A DNA stretch of 64,000 nucleotides from Fibrobacterales bacterium (GCA_051532035.1 JAOPTW010000036.1:64001-128000); one strand, 5' to 3'. Positions 39,723-50,268 are shown, counted from the first letter of the stretch. Numbers and translations: made by a program. Notes: generated from the sequence alone by a model not told the origin.

Positions 39723-41867
39723 TTATATAACGACTAAGCCAGCACTTTTTAAGACAAACCAAAACTCCGACTGTATAAGGTCTTCGACAGGAGTGGTCCC
39801 TGTAGGGTACCACGAAAGAGCCTCACTCCAATGCAATCGCTCATGTTTTTTGAGATCACCTGCATTGCACACTTTCTTGCACCATGCTGCAACAGTATAG
39901 GGAATAGTAAACCCGGTTTTCACTCCATTCACCTTACAGGTAAACTGTGCCTGAGAAGAACCACTCTTTGTATACTGTACCGCCCCTCCGAGCCACACAA
40001 CTTGCTTTGTTCCTTTGGGGAGTTTCAATGGCTGTGTGAGTGCCCGTTCTATAAAATCTGGCGCTACTGTTGGGTGTGGAACTTCACAATCAAACCACGA
40101 AGCTACGTCATTTTCCACCCCTGCTCCGTACATAAAGTTGTAGTTAGCTTTTTTGAGCCCTTCAGCGAGTATATCTATGGAACCACCACCACTGTAGGGT
40201 AAATCATTATTGGCGAAGGGTGCGGGGGTCGCATCATACTCAACTCCATACACATCAGGGTTCTTAGCAACAGGACTATGAGTTGTCAAAGAAAAACGAT
40301 GCCAAAAGGTAGAGTCAATCACACCACACCTATACATCTGTCGCACAATTTCTAGTGCATCAATACCATCCTGAATAATCTGTCCAGGAAAACTATAGAT
40401 AAGATAGGCATGAGTCAATACACCTGCACGAGCAAAATTACCCGCTGTTGTTGTTGCACTTTCAGTCGACACACCTTTATTCATAGCATCAAGGACACTA
40501 TTCGTTACCGCTTCGAGCCCCCCCGTCACTGCAACACATCCAGCACGGGCCATTAAAAAGGCAATATCTTGAGTATACGCTGTTTCGAATCGTATATTCC
40601 CCCACCACTCAATATCAAGTCCCCGACGGATCACCTCAAGTGAAAAAAGTTTTGCACTTTTCGGAGGGAAAGCCTCATCAACAAAATGAAAGGTTCTACA
40701 ACCCGTCTCTGCGATTATACTTTCGACGGTATTCACCAGATACTCAATTGAAGCCGACTGATACCGTGCAATGTAGTCCAATGAGACATCACAAAAGGAA
40801 CATTTTTTCCAGTAGCAACCATGGGCCGCTCTTATTTTGAGCCACCCTTTCTGAGACCACAAAGTATGCATTGGATTAAAAGATTCATAGAGCGTTATAT
40901 ACTGAGAGAGGTCGAGAGAGCCATAATCGGGAACCCCCAATTTATTCACATGTAAATCAGCAATGGAGTCATTACTGACCCACTGAACCCCCGTATCACC
41001 TTTTACCATAGTTCGATAGAGTGCACTATGGTCTCCACTTTGCAGATACTCTATAAGTTGTAATAAGGGGCGTTCACCATCATCAAAACAGATGTAATCA
41101 CAGTAATCAAATATCCGTGTATCACTCAATTCACGGAGTTCAGAATTAACATACCCACCACCTATAACTATGGGAATCTGAGGATACTTTTTTTTAAACC
41201 ATCGTCCAATAGCAAGAGCCCCAAAAAGATTCCCCGGAAAAGGAACAGTAATTGCACAAAGGTCATAACCCTCGAAATCAATTTCAGAAAGATATTCACC
41301 AATAAGGGTATCGATTAAATCACTCTGAGTAAGACTCTCCTCAATTGCATCAAAAGTACGGGCACTCATCCCCAACCGATCATTATACTTTGAGAGCCCA
41401 AAGCCCGGAAGAATAGTCTGTTGCATTAAGTCGGTCAAATCATCTATATAGAGTGATGCACGATAATGCGCCTGTTCATCAGAAGACATTTCTGAAAATA
41501 TTTCTCCCAATTCTTCAATTGCACTAAACCGGGGGCCTTCGGGCAAAAAATCTGGGGTTCCAATTGATATACTCCCTTCGGGCCACCCACCTTGTAAATA
41601 GGTTATGACCTGATCGATAGTTCTCAGGTAAAACTTACACAACTCACTATCAAACTCGAAATCTTCTTGTAACAAGTCAAAAAAACGCTGTAACCCTTTT
41701 GAAGAGAAAAGTCGATGAAAGACCGAAATCCCTACATCAAACTGACGAGGAGTATGGCCGTATTCACGGAGGGTCCCCGCCAAAAATGGCATAGCCGAGT
41801 ACGGGGTATTAAGCTGAGAAAATGGAGGAGTAAATAGCGCTACAGTTGCCATATTTTTTTTACCCAC
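39723..41867 (-). CDS. B12-binding-domain radical SAM protein
   Basis: CYWKKCSFC, IVIGGGY, DDGERPL, HFVDEA, WWGNIRFE; start may be 41852. Confidence 0.85.
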   Translation of the reverse strand: MGKKNMATVALFTPPFSQLNTPYSAMPFLAGTLREYGHTPRQFDVGISVFHRLFSSKGLQRFFDLLQEDFEFDSELCKFYLRTIDQVITYLQGGWPEGSISIGTPDFLPEGPRFSAIEELGEIFSEMSSDEQAHYRASLYIDDLTDLMQQTILPGFGLSKYNDRLGMSARTFDAIEESLTQSDLIDTLIGEYLSEIDFEGYDLCAITVPFPGNLFGALAIGRWFKKKYPQIPIVIGGGYVNSELRELSDTRIFDYCDYICFDDGERPLLQLIEYLQSGDHSALYRTMVKGDTGVQWVSNDSIADLHVNKLGVPDYGSLDLSQYITLYESFNPMHTLWSQKGWLKIRAAHGCYWKKCSFCDVSLDYIARYQSASIEYLVNTVESIIAETGCRTFHFVDEAFPPKSAKLFSLEVIRRGLDIEWWGNIRFETAYTQDIAFLMARAGCVAVTGGLEAVTNSVLDAMNKGVSTESATTTAGNFARAGVLTHAYLIYSFPGQIIQDGIDALEIVRQMYRCGVIDSTFWHRFSLTTHSPVAKNPDVYGVEYDATPAPFANNDLPYSGGGSIDILAEGLKKANYNFMYGAGVENDVASWFDCEVPHPTVAPDFIERALTQPLKLPKGTKQVVWLGGAVQYTKSGSSQAQFTCKVNGVKTGFTIPYTVAAWCKKVCNAGDLKKHERLHWSEALSWYPTGTTPVEDLIQSEFWFVLKSAGLVVI

Positions 41868-41919
41868 AGAAGAGAGAAATGTGGTACAATATCATTATCA
41901 ACACAATTATAACATTTAA

Positions 41920-42714
41920 ATGAAAGACCAGGGCATGGATCTATCAGACAGAGAGTATATCGAGATTATCGTTTCACCTGGTGAACCGGGTGAAAAGTCG
42001 CTTGATGCACTAGAATATGCCCTTGCTCTCTGTCTTTACCATTCCCGCAATTATGTTGTCGTCAATCTTCAAGAAATCAATCAATACGCCATTATGCTCC
42101 TCTGCCCCCTTGCTTCACTTATTACAGAGATGCAATTACAAGGCTTATGGATCAGTATCTGTGCCCCACCTACAATTTTTGAACTCGAATTCGAGGAACT
42201 CTACGCAGATACTAAGATACTCCTCCATAATAATAGAGATGCGTTCCTTACAACCGGTGCATCAATTGGCATCACTGTAACCGATGCCGATGAAGCACTG
42301 CAATCTACCATAGCTGACTATAGTGCCCATGTCACCCCCTTAAAAAAACATCAAGAGCAAGAATTAATACAAGAACCTCTTAGGAGTGACAATCTTCCTC
42401 AAAATGAGTATCATGAAACAGAATCTGACCCAAATAACGATGACTCTGTATATAAAGAGACTCAAGAAAAGAGTCCAGAAGATAAAAAGGAATCACCACG
42501 TCTGCTAATTCCTGAAATCATTGACTCCAACGTTAGTTTCAGTTATTTTGATCAAAATAAAAATATTGAGATCTGTACGCTCTCTGGAGAGTATGAGTGC
42601 ACCGAGTGCACAGCAAAAGAGTATTTTATGAAAGGGTTTCCTTTCGATTCGTGTAACACGAAATCCTGTAGAGGTTCTACCCCTTCATGGAAACTAATTA
42701 AGAAGGTATTTTAA
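41920..42714 (+). CDS. hypothetical protein: degenerate STAS-like N-terminus, acidic linker, C-terminal Cys4 Zn ribbon
   Basis: VVVNLQEINQY..L..L....G..I.IC.P; SGEYECTEC...SCNTKSC. Confidence 0.6.
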   Translation: MKDQGMDLSDREYIEIIVSPGEPGEKSLDALEYALALCLYHSRNYVVVNLQEINQYAIMLLCPLASLITEMQLQGLWISICAPPTIFELEFEELYADTKILLHNNRDAFLTTGASIGITVTDADEALQSTIADYSAHVTPLKKHQEQELIQEPLRSDNLPQNEYHETESDPNNDDSVYKETQEKSPEDKKESPRLLIPEIIDSNVSFSYFDQNKNIEICTLSGEYECTECTAKEYFMKGFPFDSCNTKSCRGSTPSWKLIKKVF

Positions 42715-42715
42715 C

Positions 42716-43633
42716 GTGAGTAACCATTTTTTCAATAAGATAATCGCATTTGGCGGTGGAAAAGGCGGAGTAGGAAAATCCTTCATGACCAGCAACATTG
42801 GTACAATGCTCGCTCAAAGTGGTAAAAAAGTTATCTTAATCGACGCTGATCTCGGGGGGGCAAACCTTCATAGTAGCGTAGGTATTCCTCACCCCTCCCA
42901 TACACTCAACGATTTTATTAAAAAACGTGTCGATTCTATTCAAGACGTGATTCTCCCCACTAAAATCCCTAATTTGAGTATTATCTGTGGTGCAAGTGAC
43001 ATTCTTTCCCTATCAAACCCGAAATATACCCAAAAAATGAAGCTTATTCGAAGTATCAACACCTTAGAAGCTGATTACATATTGCTGGACCTCGGGGCTG
43101 GAACCTACCCCAATGTGATTGATTTTTTCATTATCTCACCTGTAGGTGTCGTTGTTATTGAGCCGGGAATATCATCATTTGAAAATGCCTATGGGTTTAT
43201 AAAAAGTTGTGTCTATCGTAAAATTGTGGCCATCGTAAAATCTAATAAAGAGCTCGCCCAAACCATCAGTGAAGGGACAGATCCACGCTCCGAGAAAACA
43301 TTTAAAAGCGCCCAAGACCTTATAGCCTATGTCCATGACGCCGACCCCGTTTTGGGTAAAAAATGTATTGAATGGCTCAATACATTTAAGCCGTTTCTTA
43401 TCTCTAATAAAATGGAGCGGGGACAAAAGGATAGCCACACCGGTGGTTTTATTAAAATTGTCGATAAATATTTAAGTGTCGAAATCGAGTTTCTTGGGCG
43501 TATATGGCGCAATAATGAGCTTCATAAATATGCAAATACCATGCTCCCTATCTGTCAACAGAGCGCTAAGCTCAGTTCAGAAATGGGACTCCACACCCTC
43601 GGACAGAGTGTAAACAGCAAAATGCTCAAATAA
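42716..43633 (+). CDS. MinD/FlhG-family P-loop ATPase
   Basis: GGKGGVGKS deviant Walker A, IDADLGGANLH, LDLGAGT, ENAYGFIK; GTG start 1 nt after the previous stop. Confidence 0.88.
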   Translation: MSNHFFNKIIAFGGGKGGVGKSFMTSNIGTMLAQSGKKVILIDADLGGANLHSSVGIPHPSHTLNDFIKKRVDSIQDVILPTKIPNLSIICGASDILSLSNPKYTQKMKLIRSINTLEADYILLDLGAGTYPNVIDFFIISPVGVVVIEPGISSFENAYGFIKSCVYRKIVAIVKSNKELAQTISEGTDPRSEKTFKSAQDLIAYVHDADPVLGKKCIEWLNTFKPFLISNKMERGQKDSHTGGFIKIVDKYLSVEIEFLGRIWRNNELHKYANTMLPICQQSAKLSSEMGLHTLGQSVNSKMLK

Positions 43634-43749
43634 CACTGCTCCAATAGGCATTTTCTCACATTTTACAACTCTTTTTTGACCCATCTCTCCTCCCTCCTCT
43701 TTAACATTCCAATAACTTTAACTATCATTACCTCGGTTTACAAAATCCG

Positions 43750-44190
43750 TTGATGTTTATGCCCAGTCAGTTCGATTTCGATGTTATGTTTCTTAAAATG
43801 GCCAGAGTTCCAGCAACTCTGTCTAAAGATCCGAAGACACAAGTAGCAGCACTGATCGTTACGCCAGATAATAGGCAGATTTCATTTGGGTACAATGGAT
43901 TTTCGCGAGGAATGGAAGAGACTGACGAACGATGGAAGCGTCCCATTAAGTATGAATATGTAATTCATGCCGAGATGAACGCTATCATGAACTGTCCCTT
44001 TGACACACAAGGTACTACACTCTATTGTACGTATCAGCCGTGTCATCGGTGCCTACAACACCTGATAAACGCAGGGGTCAAGCGGGTAGTGTATGCCAAA
44101 CCGTATGAACAACTTCAGTATGCAGAGATTTGGTCTGAAGCCTCATCTCACTTTACAGAAGTCAAATGTATAGATATTGATAACAGTTAA
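43750..44190 (+). CDS. dCMP deaminase family (ComEB-like)
   Basis: SKDP.TQV, GYNG, HAEMNA, PCHRC; start uncertain (43750-43759). Confidence 0.9.
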   Translation: MMFMPSQFDFDVMFLKMARVPATLSKDPKTQVAALIVTPDNRQISFGYNGFSRGMEETDERWKRPIKYEYVIHAEMNAIMNCPFDTQGTTLYCTYQPCHRCLQHLINAGVKRVVYAKPYEQLQYAEIWSEASSHFTEVKCIDIDNS

Positions 44191-44205
44191 TGCACGGGAG
44201 CAGGA

Positions 44206-44412
44206 ATGGATAACAAGAAAAAAGCAAGAAAAAATAAAGGTAAAAAACCTACCGAAACAACTCACTCAGTGGGTACTCTTGCAGATATGCTGAGCCCTGC
44301 CATGCAGCGCAAATTAAAAATGCACCCAGAAGATCGTATCAAAAATATGGTTAAAGAGGCTCGCAATAATCCCGAAGTTATCAAAGCAGAGGAAAACCTC
44401 AAAAACAAATAA
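44206..44412 (+). CDS. small basic hypothetical protein
   Basis: GGAG RBS, 68 aa, followed by a terminator. Confidence 0.6.
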   Translation: MDNKKKARKNKGKKPTETTHSVGTLADMLSPAMQRKLKMHPEDRIKNMVKEARNNPEVIKAEENLKNK

Positions 44413-44452
44413 CTTCTACTAAAAAAAGTCTACCTCCCAAAGAGAGGTATTT

Positions 44453-44485
44453 AGCTAAAACAACTCAATTGTTTTAGCTTTTTTT
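44453..44485 (+). terminator. intrinsic terminator
   Basis: AGCTAAAACAA-CTCAA-TTGTTTTAGCT-TTTTTT. Confidence 0.7.
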
Positions 44486-44572
44486 GTGTTTTTTAGCCAG
44501 ATTTACATTGCATCTCCATTATAATAGTGATACAGTAAGCTCAACCTCACTATTTTGAATATGATGTATACT

Positions 44573-45118
44573 ATGAAAAAAAGATATCTTACTCTTATTA
44601 TTGCACTTTTAGTAATGTCGACCACTATCTCTTCTAACCTTGCACGACGCTCGAAAGCCCAAGAGACACTTAAAGGCACCTTCCTCGTTATTATTGATTC
44701 TCAAGCATCACTCCGAAGCGCTCCTAATCAACATGCTGCCCTTATTGATCAAGCCCCCTTTGGAGAAAGCATATCACTAATCAGTATGCACAACGACTGG
44801 TACCTCATTAGTTACAATGGGTCACAAGGGTATATTTATAAAACAGCGGCAACAACTCCCGATCATTTTGCAAAAATCAAAGAACTCGTCCACCCAACAA
44901 AAAATGTAGCTCAGGCAAACGCTATCTATATCAAACCAAAAAATGGCGCTATCCTTCGCCTGCAACCCAAAGCTGGTTCAAGAGCGATAAAAGCGTTCCC
45001 CAACGGAACACGACTCGTAAAGATTAAAAAGGTTAATGATTGGTTTCACGCCAAAGCGAATGGCTATGAAGGATATATACACCAGACCGTAGTATCTCCA
45101 GACAGACCAGGAAGCTAA
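44573..45118 (+). CDS. secreted protein with two SH3b domains
   Basis: Signal peptide; LRSAP..DWY.I.YNG.QGYI and LRLQP..DWF....NG.EGYI. Confidence 0.8.
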   Translation: MKKRYLTLIIALLVMSTTISSNLARRSKAQETLKGTFLVIIDSQASLRSAPNQHAALIDQAPFGESISLISMHNDWYLISYNGSQGYIYKTAATTPDHFAKIKELVHPTKNVAQANAIYIKPKNGAILRLQPKAGSRAIKAFPNGTRLVKIKKVNDWFHAKANGYEGYIHQTVVSPDRPGS

Positions 45119-45639
45119 TTTTTTAAAAGCTCTACAGCAAACTCTTTTAAAGATGGGAATACCTTGTAAGGCGTCTCCTTAAACTCATCAATATGCTCCG
45201 CATTATACACACCGGCCAGTTGGAACCCTGCCCCTTCTGCAGATTGTAAATCACGGACTCTATCCCCCACCATCCATGAAGACGCAGAGTCAATATCATA
45301 TTCAGTCAAAGCCCGTTCTACCAATTGAGGCAACGGTTTTCTACACAGACACTCATCACTTGTTTGATGTGGACAATAATAAAATCCGTCAATAGTCACA
45401 CCATGATTTTTAAGATCTTCAACCATAGCATTCTCAAGAATTTCAAGGTCGGCAAGAGAGTAATAGCCTCGAGAAATCCCCGACTGATTAGAGATAACAA
45501 TAAGGGTATATCCTGCTTGAGAAAGCATTTTTAAGGCTTCAGGCACACCAGATATCCACTCAAAATCTTCAATCCGATAGACATAGCCATGATCGACATT
45601 AAGTGTACCATCCCGATCGAGTAAAATAGCCTTATTCAC
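45115..45639 (-). CDS. gmhB: D-glycero-D-manno-heptose 1,7-bisphosphate phosphatase
   Basis: LDRDGTLN.D.GY, SNQSGI.RG, YCPH...C.CRKP, MVGD. Confidence 0.9.
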   Translation of the reverse strand: MNKAILLDRDGTLNVDHGYVYRIEDFEWISGVPEALKMLSQAGYTLIVISNQSGISRGYYSLADLEILENAMVEDLKNHGVTIDGFYYCPHQTSDECLCRKPLPQLVERALTEYDIDSASSWMVGDRVRDLQSAEGAGFQLAGVYNAEHIDEFKETPYKVFPSLKEFAVELLKN

Positions 45640-45794
45640 AGCGCTCCCTCAATGATTTTATTCTTCACAAATATATCAAATAATGATATAATAAAAATGA
45701 ATTTGCAAGAAACAAACAACAATTACTCGACCGATACAATCTCTCATTGTGCATTACAGTAAGAGATATATTGGTCATAGTCTATGAGGATAGT

Positions 45795-46724
45795 ATGAAA
45801 TCGCTCGCATCGCTACTTACCATTATCGCCCTCACTGCCACAGCCAGTGTTGCACAAGAATCTCACAGCATTCTCCCTGCACCTCCGAGCAACAAAGACA
45901 TTATCGTTTCTGAAGCACAGATCGTACAAGCTGATCTTCTTAAAAAAGAAGAACAGTTGATAGCCGAAGAGCGACAACGTGAAATTGAACGACTCAAAAA
46001 GAAAAAAGAAAAAGAGGAATCTGAAGCGGGCTCAGCCAACCGCTCTACCTCCATCTTTATTGATGATGCAAAAACTCTTGAGTCAAAAGAGTATGAAGTA
46101 ACCCCAACTATAGGGCTCTATATTAGTTTTGGTGATGTTGATTATCAGAAGGTATCTTACAATGACTACACTCCTATAGATGATACATCAGGAACGGCAT
46201 CACCATTCGACCTTACTTCAAGCAGTCATGGTATAATTTTTGGTATTTCGGGCAACCTCCCCATAAACAATTTCATTGGAATACAACTCATGATTGGAGG
46301 ACAAAAAAATAATCTCACCCTCCAAAGTGGTAGTCACAGTCGTGACATCTCGACGCTCAACCTCATTATTCAGCCAGGCCTCGAGATCGGCTACCCAGTT
46401 TACAGCAATGCCAAATCTAAGATTTCAGTGTATCCCCATATCTTTGGCTCTGGAATAACCGGCAAAACCTTTCTCGATCAAAGTTCAACAGATTTTGAAA
46501 ATGGTCAATTTTGGGGATATGCATATGGAGCCGGTGTCCGTATTGGCTGGAAAAACTTACACGTATCAACGGGGGTACGCAGCTCCTATCAAATATGGAA
46601 ACTCGCAATAGACCCAGTAAAAGTAAAAGGCGCCGAAGGCCTCAACGAAAATGACTACACATTTATGCATGAATGGTCTACTTTTATGCAACCATTTATC
46701 AGTGTAACCCTTGGCTTTTATTAG
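45795..46724 (+). CDS. hypothetical outer-membrane beta-barrel protein with N-terminal charged coiled coil
   Basis: GAGGA RBS, signal peptide, amphipathic beta strands, terminal ISVTLGFY. Confidence 0.6.
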   Translation: MKSLASLLTIIALTATASVAQESHSILPAPPSNKDIIVSEAQIVQADLLKKEEQLIAEERQREIERLKKKKEKEESEAGSANRSTSIFIDDAKTLESKEYEVTPTIGLYISFGDVDYQKVSYNDYTPIDDTSGTASPFDLTSSSHGIIFGISGNLPINNFIGIQLMIGGQKNNLTLQSGSHSRDISTLNLIIQPGLEIGYPVYSNAKSKISVYPHIFGSGITGKTFLDQSSTDFENGQFWGYAYGAGVRIGWKNLHVSTGVRSSYQIWKLAIDPVKVKGAEGLNENDYTFMHEWSTFMQPFISVTLGFY

Positions 46725-47398
46725 TGACCTATTTTAGACAGTTTCTTTCAGGATCCGACCACGCCTCTGACGACCCAAACGCTCGAGGCATGGCCAATTT
46801 TTCATATGCAATTGGGTGCCCCATCACTAAACAGTGCATGTTAATCGACCCCACTTGGGCCCCCAACCAACTCCATCAACTCATCACCAAAGACGGATAC
46901 ACTCTTACCGGTATTATTGCAACTCACCACCATTTTGACCATATTGGCGGCTCAGCTTATGGAATCATAGTACCTGGCGCTCTTGAACTCATCAAGTCAT
47001 ATTCAATTCCACTCTATTGCCACCCCAAAGAAAAACCGTGGGTTCTCAAAAAAACAGACATCCCCGAAGAGTCTATAAAATGTATCGCCACTGATACTCC
47101 TTTCTTCATTGGTGAATCTCACGTAACCATTCATCATACTCCCGGGCACTCTCCCGGTGGGATATGCATCCAGTTTGATGACAAATTAATTGTGGGAGAC
47201 ACTCTCTTCCATGAAGGGTGCGGCAGAACAGATCTTGCAGGAGCTGATGTCGACACACTCCTCAGAAGCCTAAAAGAGACCATCCTCCCTTTGCCAGATA
47301 CTTTAGAGGTCTATTGTGGACATAATTATGGACATGTCCCCTCAATGAGTCTCGGAGTCATCAAAGAGACCAATTATATCTTTCAACACATTTCGTAA
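46724..47398 (+). CDS. MBL-fold metallo-hydrolase (glyoxalase II-like)
   Basis: THHHFDHIGG, HTPGHSPG, GDTLF..GCGR.D, GH.Y; GTG start overlaps the previous TAG. Confidence 0.88.
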   Translation: MTYFRQFLSGSDHASDDPNARGMANFSYAIGCPITKQCMLIDPTWAPNQLHQLITKDGYTLTGIIATHHHFDHIGGSAYGIIVPGALELIKSYSIPLYCHPKEKPWVLKKTDIPEESIKCIATDTPFFIGESHVTIHHTPGHSPGGICIQFDDKLIVGDTLFHEGCGRTDLAGADVDTLLRSLKETILPLPDTLEVYCGHNYGHVPSMSLGVIKETNYIFQHIS

Positions 47399-47493
47399 TC
47401 ATCAGAATGAGCTCTATAGAACTCAGATGATTCCTGACAATTCCCTCTATTTTTACTACCTTATAGGCCAAATTACTTATTAATAGGACTACT

Positions 47494-50214
47494 ATGGCTG
47501 CTGTATTGGATTTTAATCAGGATTGGCAATTTTGTCTCGATGGCGATGGAATTGGGCTCGATAAGCGGTGGCATGTAAATAGCCCTTCAGGGACTGAAAC
47601 TGTTACTCTTCCACATACCTGGAAAAAAAATACACTTAAGTCTACAGACAACGTAGGATTCTATTTCAAAACCTTTTCTTTTGAAGATCCAACTCTTGTT
47701 AAAAAAGTAATTCTAAAACTTGAAAAAGTTTTCATGAAGTTTTCACTTTGGGCTAATGGTGTACTCGTTCAAGAAGTACTCAGTGGCTATAAACCTGCAG
47801 AAATCAATCTTACCAAATTTATTGATATCGAAAAAGAGAATACAATCTGTATTCGCGTATCAACACTTAATGGTACTCTTGATTTTGAAGGACACGCAAG
47901 TTGTGATGTTGCTCATGGCGCACTCTTTGAGCAAAGTCCTTTTGGTGGTATCTGGGGTTCAGCTCAGCTTGTCTATTGGAAAAAAGCATGTATCCTTGAC
48001 GTCAATGTTATCCCTGATTATGACGGTAAAAAAATCCGTGTTGAAACACGTTTTTCAAATTCTAAAAACTTCAATGCAAAACTACACTATGTACTCACCG
48101 CACCTGACGGGCCTATTGGCCTCAATACCGTTGAGGCCAAACTTGATAAAGAAAACACAATTCACAAAGCACAGTTCAATATTAAAGACCCTGTCTTCTG
48201 GACTCTTGAAGAACCTGAACTGTATACCATTGAAGTCTACCTTGAAATGTCATTTGGCGTAACCAAACAATTTGGTTTAAGAAAGTCGGATGTACTTCGT
48301 GGCGATTTTTACCTCAATGATAAAATTATTAAAATACGTGGCGTGAACTTCACTAACAGTTATGCAATTACGGGTTCACTCCCTGAAAGTAATAAATCAC
48401 TTCGCAGTGAATTAGAAACTATTAAAAATATGGGTTTCAACCTCATTAAAAGTGGTGGCTCCCCAATGAGCAATACCGCATTAACCATTTGTGATGAGCT
48501 CGGACTTTTTGTTATTCAAGAGATGCCTATTCACCGTCAAAAAGCATCAAAAGAAGCACTTGAGCTTGCTCGTGATTTTATTGAAGCAATTATCAATTCC
48601 CAAAAAACACACCCATCTGTAATTGCCTGGAGCCTTGGTTCTGACAATGGCACCCTTATGCTCGAGAATGGAACAAAACTTCTCAAGCATACAGACAAAA
48701 TAGATGAAGCGCGGGTTATTTTTTCAAACCTTAACGCTGTTTTCATATCAGGTGAAGGTGAATACGACTCAGATACCGGTAAAGTACTTGGGATTACCAA
48801 CGAAAAAGTTTCTCTCTACAACTCGCACGAGCTCCACCCTGAAATGAGCGTAAATAAAGAGCAATCTCATTTTTTAAGTGAGTATTGTAATAAGGAGAGT
48901 GAAATCAACGAAGTACCCAATAAATATTTTGGGGATGAAGATTTTCATGATCACTATGATTCACTGCACAAAGCTCTTACAGGGAAAATTCTTGTTACCA
49001 CCAATAACCATACACTCTTCCCTGACTTTAAAGAGGTGTACAAATACCTCAAAGCGCATAAAGGCACTGATGTTTATAAAAAACTCTACGGCTTTGAAAA
49101 AGAATTAAAAGCACTCGCAGCAGAGCCTGTCTTTAAAACTATCTGGGCTACTCATGAAGAATTTATAACCGTTGCAAATACACTCGCAACAAAAGCGATC
49201 ATTAATAAAGTAAATGCTATTCGTGCAAATGAGCAAACAAGTGGTTTTATACTTGATAGCTGGGCAGATACAAAGCAGATCATGAATGGTCTTGCCGATT
49301 TAACACACCAACCTAAAAGCTGTATACCGCCACTTAAAGAGGTTACCTCTGTTTCACAAATCATTGTGCACAATCTTGACCGTGCCGTAGCTACAGGTTC
49401 AGAGATAGCTTTTAACCTCACCTTACTGAATGAGCTTCGTGTTGCGCCTTTTGGCCTTACCCTCCAGTTACTCAATGCGAAAGGGAAAGTGGTTGAATCA
49501 AAAGATGTGAAAATAACTCCTGAAGGACTTGTGTATAAAATGGGAGCCTTTACTCTTCCTGCACCTTCGTCAAAAGGCATATACACAGTAACAGCTTCTA
49601 TTTCAAGTAACCCAGGTAACATTGGTACTTTCAGTGATGCTATTATCGTTTTAAATCAACCGACAAATTACCTCAAAGGCATTACTACTCTTACTGAATT
49701 TACCAGTGATGATGAATGCCTCGGTGCAATAAGAAAAGCAGGAAACACTATTCTTATTCATGATATTGCTGATTATAGTTCAGAAGTTGTTCAAGCGCTT
49801 TTCGATGCAGCAGAGACGGGAACAACCGTCATCTTTAATGCACTCAATGAAAAAGATGCTCGTACACTTAATAAGTCTAAACGCCTGAACACAGAACTTA
49901 TCGCAACACCAACCTCTGGTTCAAATGGTGCGGCATATCACTACTTCTCTACTGACGGTGTTTTTAAGAACATTACTCACACGCGAGTTGCAGATGGCAC
50001 ACTGAGTGAAATAATACCTGCCCACTCCCTCAATCCTATAAAAGATGCTGCAATAGAAGCATGCTGTATCAATATTACCAATGGCAATATTATTACACAG
50101 CATGTCGACGTACAGACAATCTCTTATGGTTCGGGTTCAATTGTTTTCAACCAGTATCAATTAGGTGATAAATTGAATAACAGCATTCTTGCTCAAACAA
50201 TTATTGCTAAATAA
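47494..50214 (+). CDS. GH2-fold protein (sugar-binding + Ig + TIM barrel) with degenerate active site
   Basis: W.F, VTLPHTW, GGIW, W..EEP.LY, FGLR, FYLN...IRGVN, CDELGL.V..E, HPSVIAWS. Confidence 0.8.
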   Translation: MAAVLDFNQDWQFCLDGDGIGLDKRWHVNSPSGTETVTLPHTWKKNTLKSTDNVGFYFKTFSFEDPTLVKKVILKLEKVFMKFSLWANGVLVQEVLSGYKPAEINLTKFIDIEKENTICIRVSTLNGTLDFEGHASCDVAHGALFEQSPFGGIWGSAQLVYWKKACILDVNVIPDYDGKKIRVETRFSNSKNFNAKLHYVLTAPDGPIGLNTVEAKLDKENTIHKAQFNIKDPVFWTLEEPELYTIEVYLEMSFGVTKQFGLRKSDVLRGDFYLNDKIIKIRGVNFTNSYAITGSLPESNKSLRSELETIKNMGFNLIKSGGSPMSNTALTICDELGLFVIQEMPIHRQKASKEALELARDFIEAIINSQKTHPSVIAWSLGSDNGTLMLENGTKLLKHTDKIDEARVIFSNLNAVFISGEGEYDSDTGKVLGITNEKVSLYNSHELHPEMSVNKEQSHFLSEYCNKESEINEVPNKYFGDEDFHDHYDSLHKALTGKILVTTNNHTLFPDFKEVYKYLKAHKGTDVYKKLYGFEKELKALAAEPVFKTIWATHEEFITVANTLATKAIINKVNAIRANEQTSGFILDSWADTKQIMNGLADLTHQPKSCIPPLKEVTSVSQIIVHNLDRAVATGSEIAFNLTLLNELRVAPFGLTLQLLNAKGKVVESKDVKITPEGLVYKMGAFTLPAPSSKGIYTVTASISSNPGNIGTFSDAIIVLNQPTNYLKGITTLTEFTSDDECLGAIRKAGNTILIHDIADYSSEVVQALFDAAETGTTVIFNALNEKDARTLNKSKRLNTELIATPTSGSNGAAYHYFSTDGVFKNITHTRVADGTLSEIIPAHSLNPIKDAAIEACCINITNGNIITQHVDVQTISYGSGSIVFNQYQLGDKLNNSILAQTIIAK

Positions 50215-50241
50215 GACCAATTTTTCACATTTTAGTTTTTT

Positions 50242-50268
50242 AAAAAGCCCAATCTATTTGGGCTTTTT
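50242..50268 (+). terminator. intrinsic terminator
   Basis: AAAAAGCCCAA-TCTAT-TTGGGCTTTTT. Confidence 0.75.

Noticed and set aside
43750..44412. Deaminase plus small ORF as an anti-phage dCTP deaminase system
   Set aside because: No fused P-loop kinase domain; a 146-aa stand-alone ComEB/dCMP deaminase with no defence context
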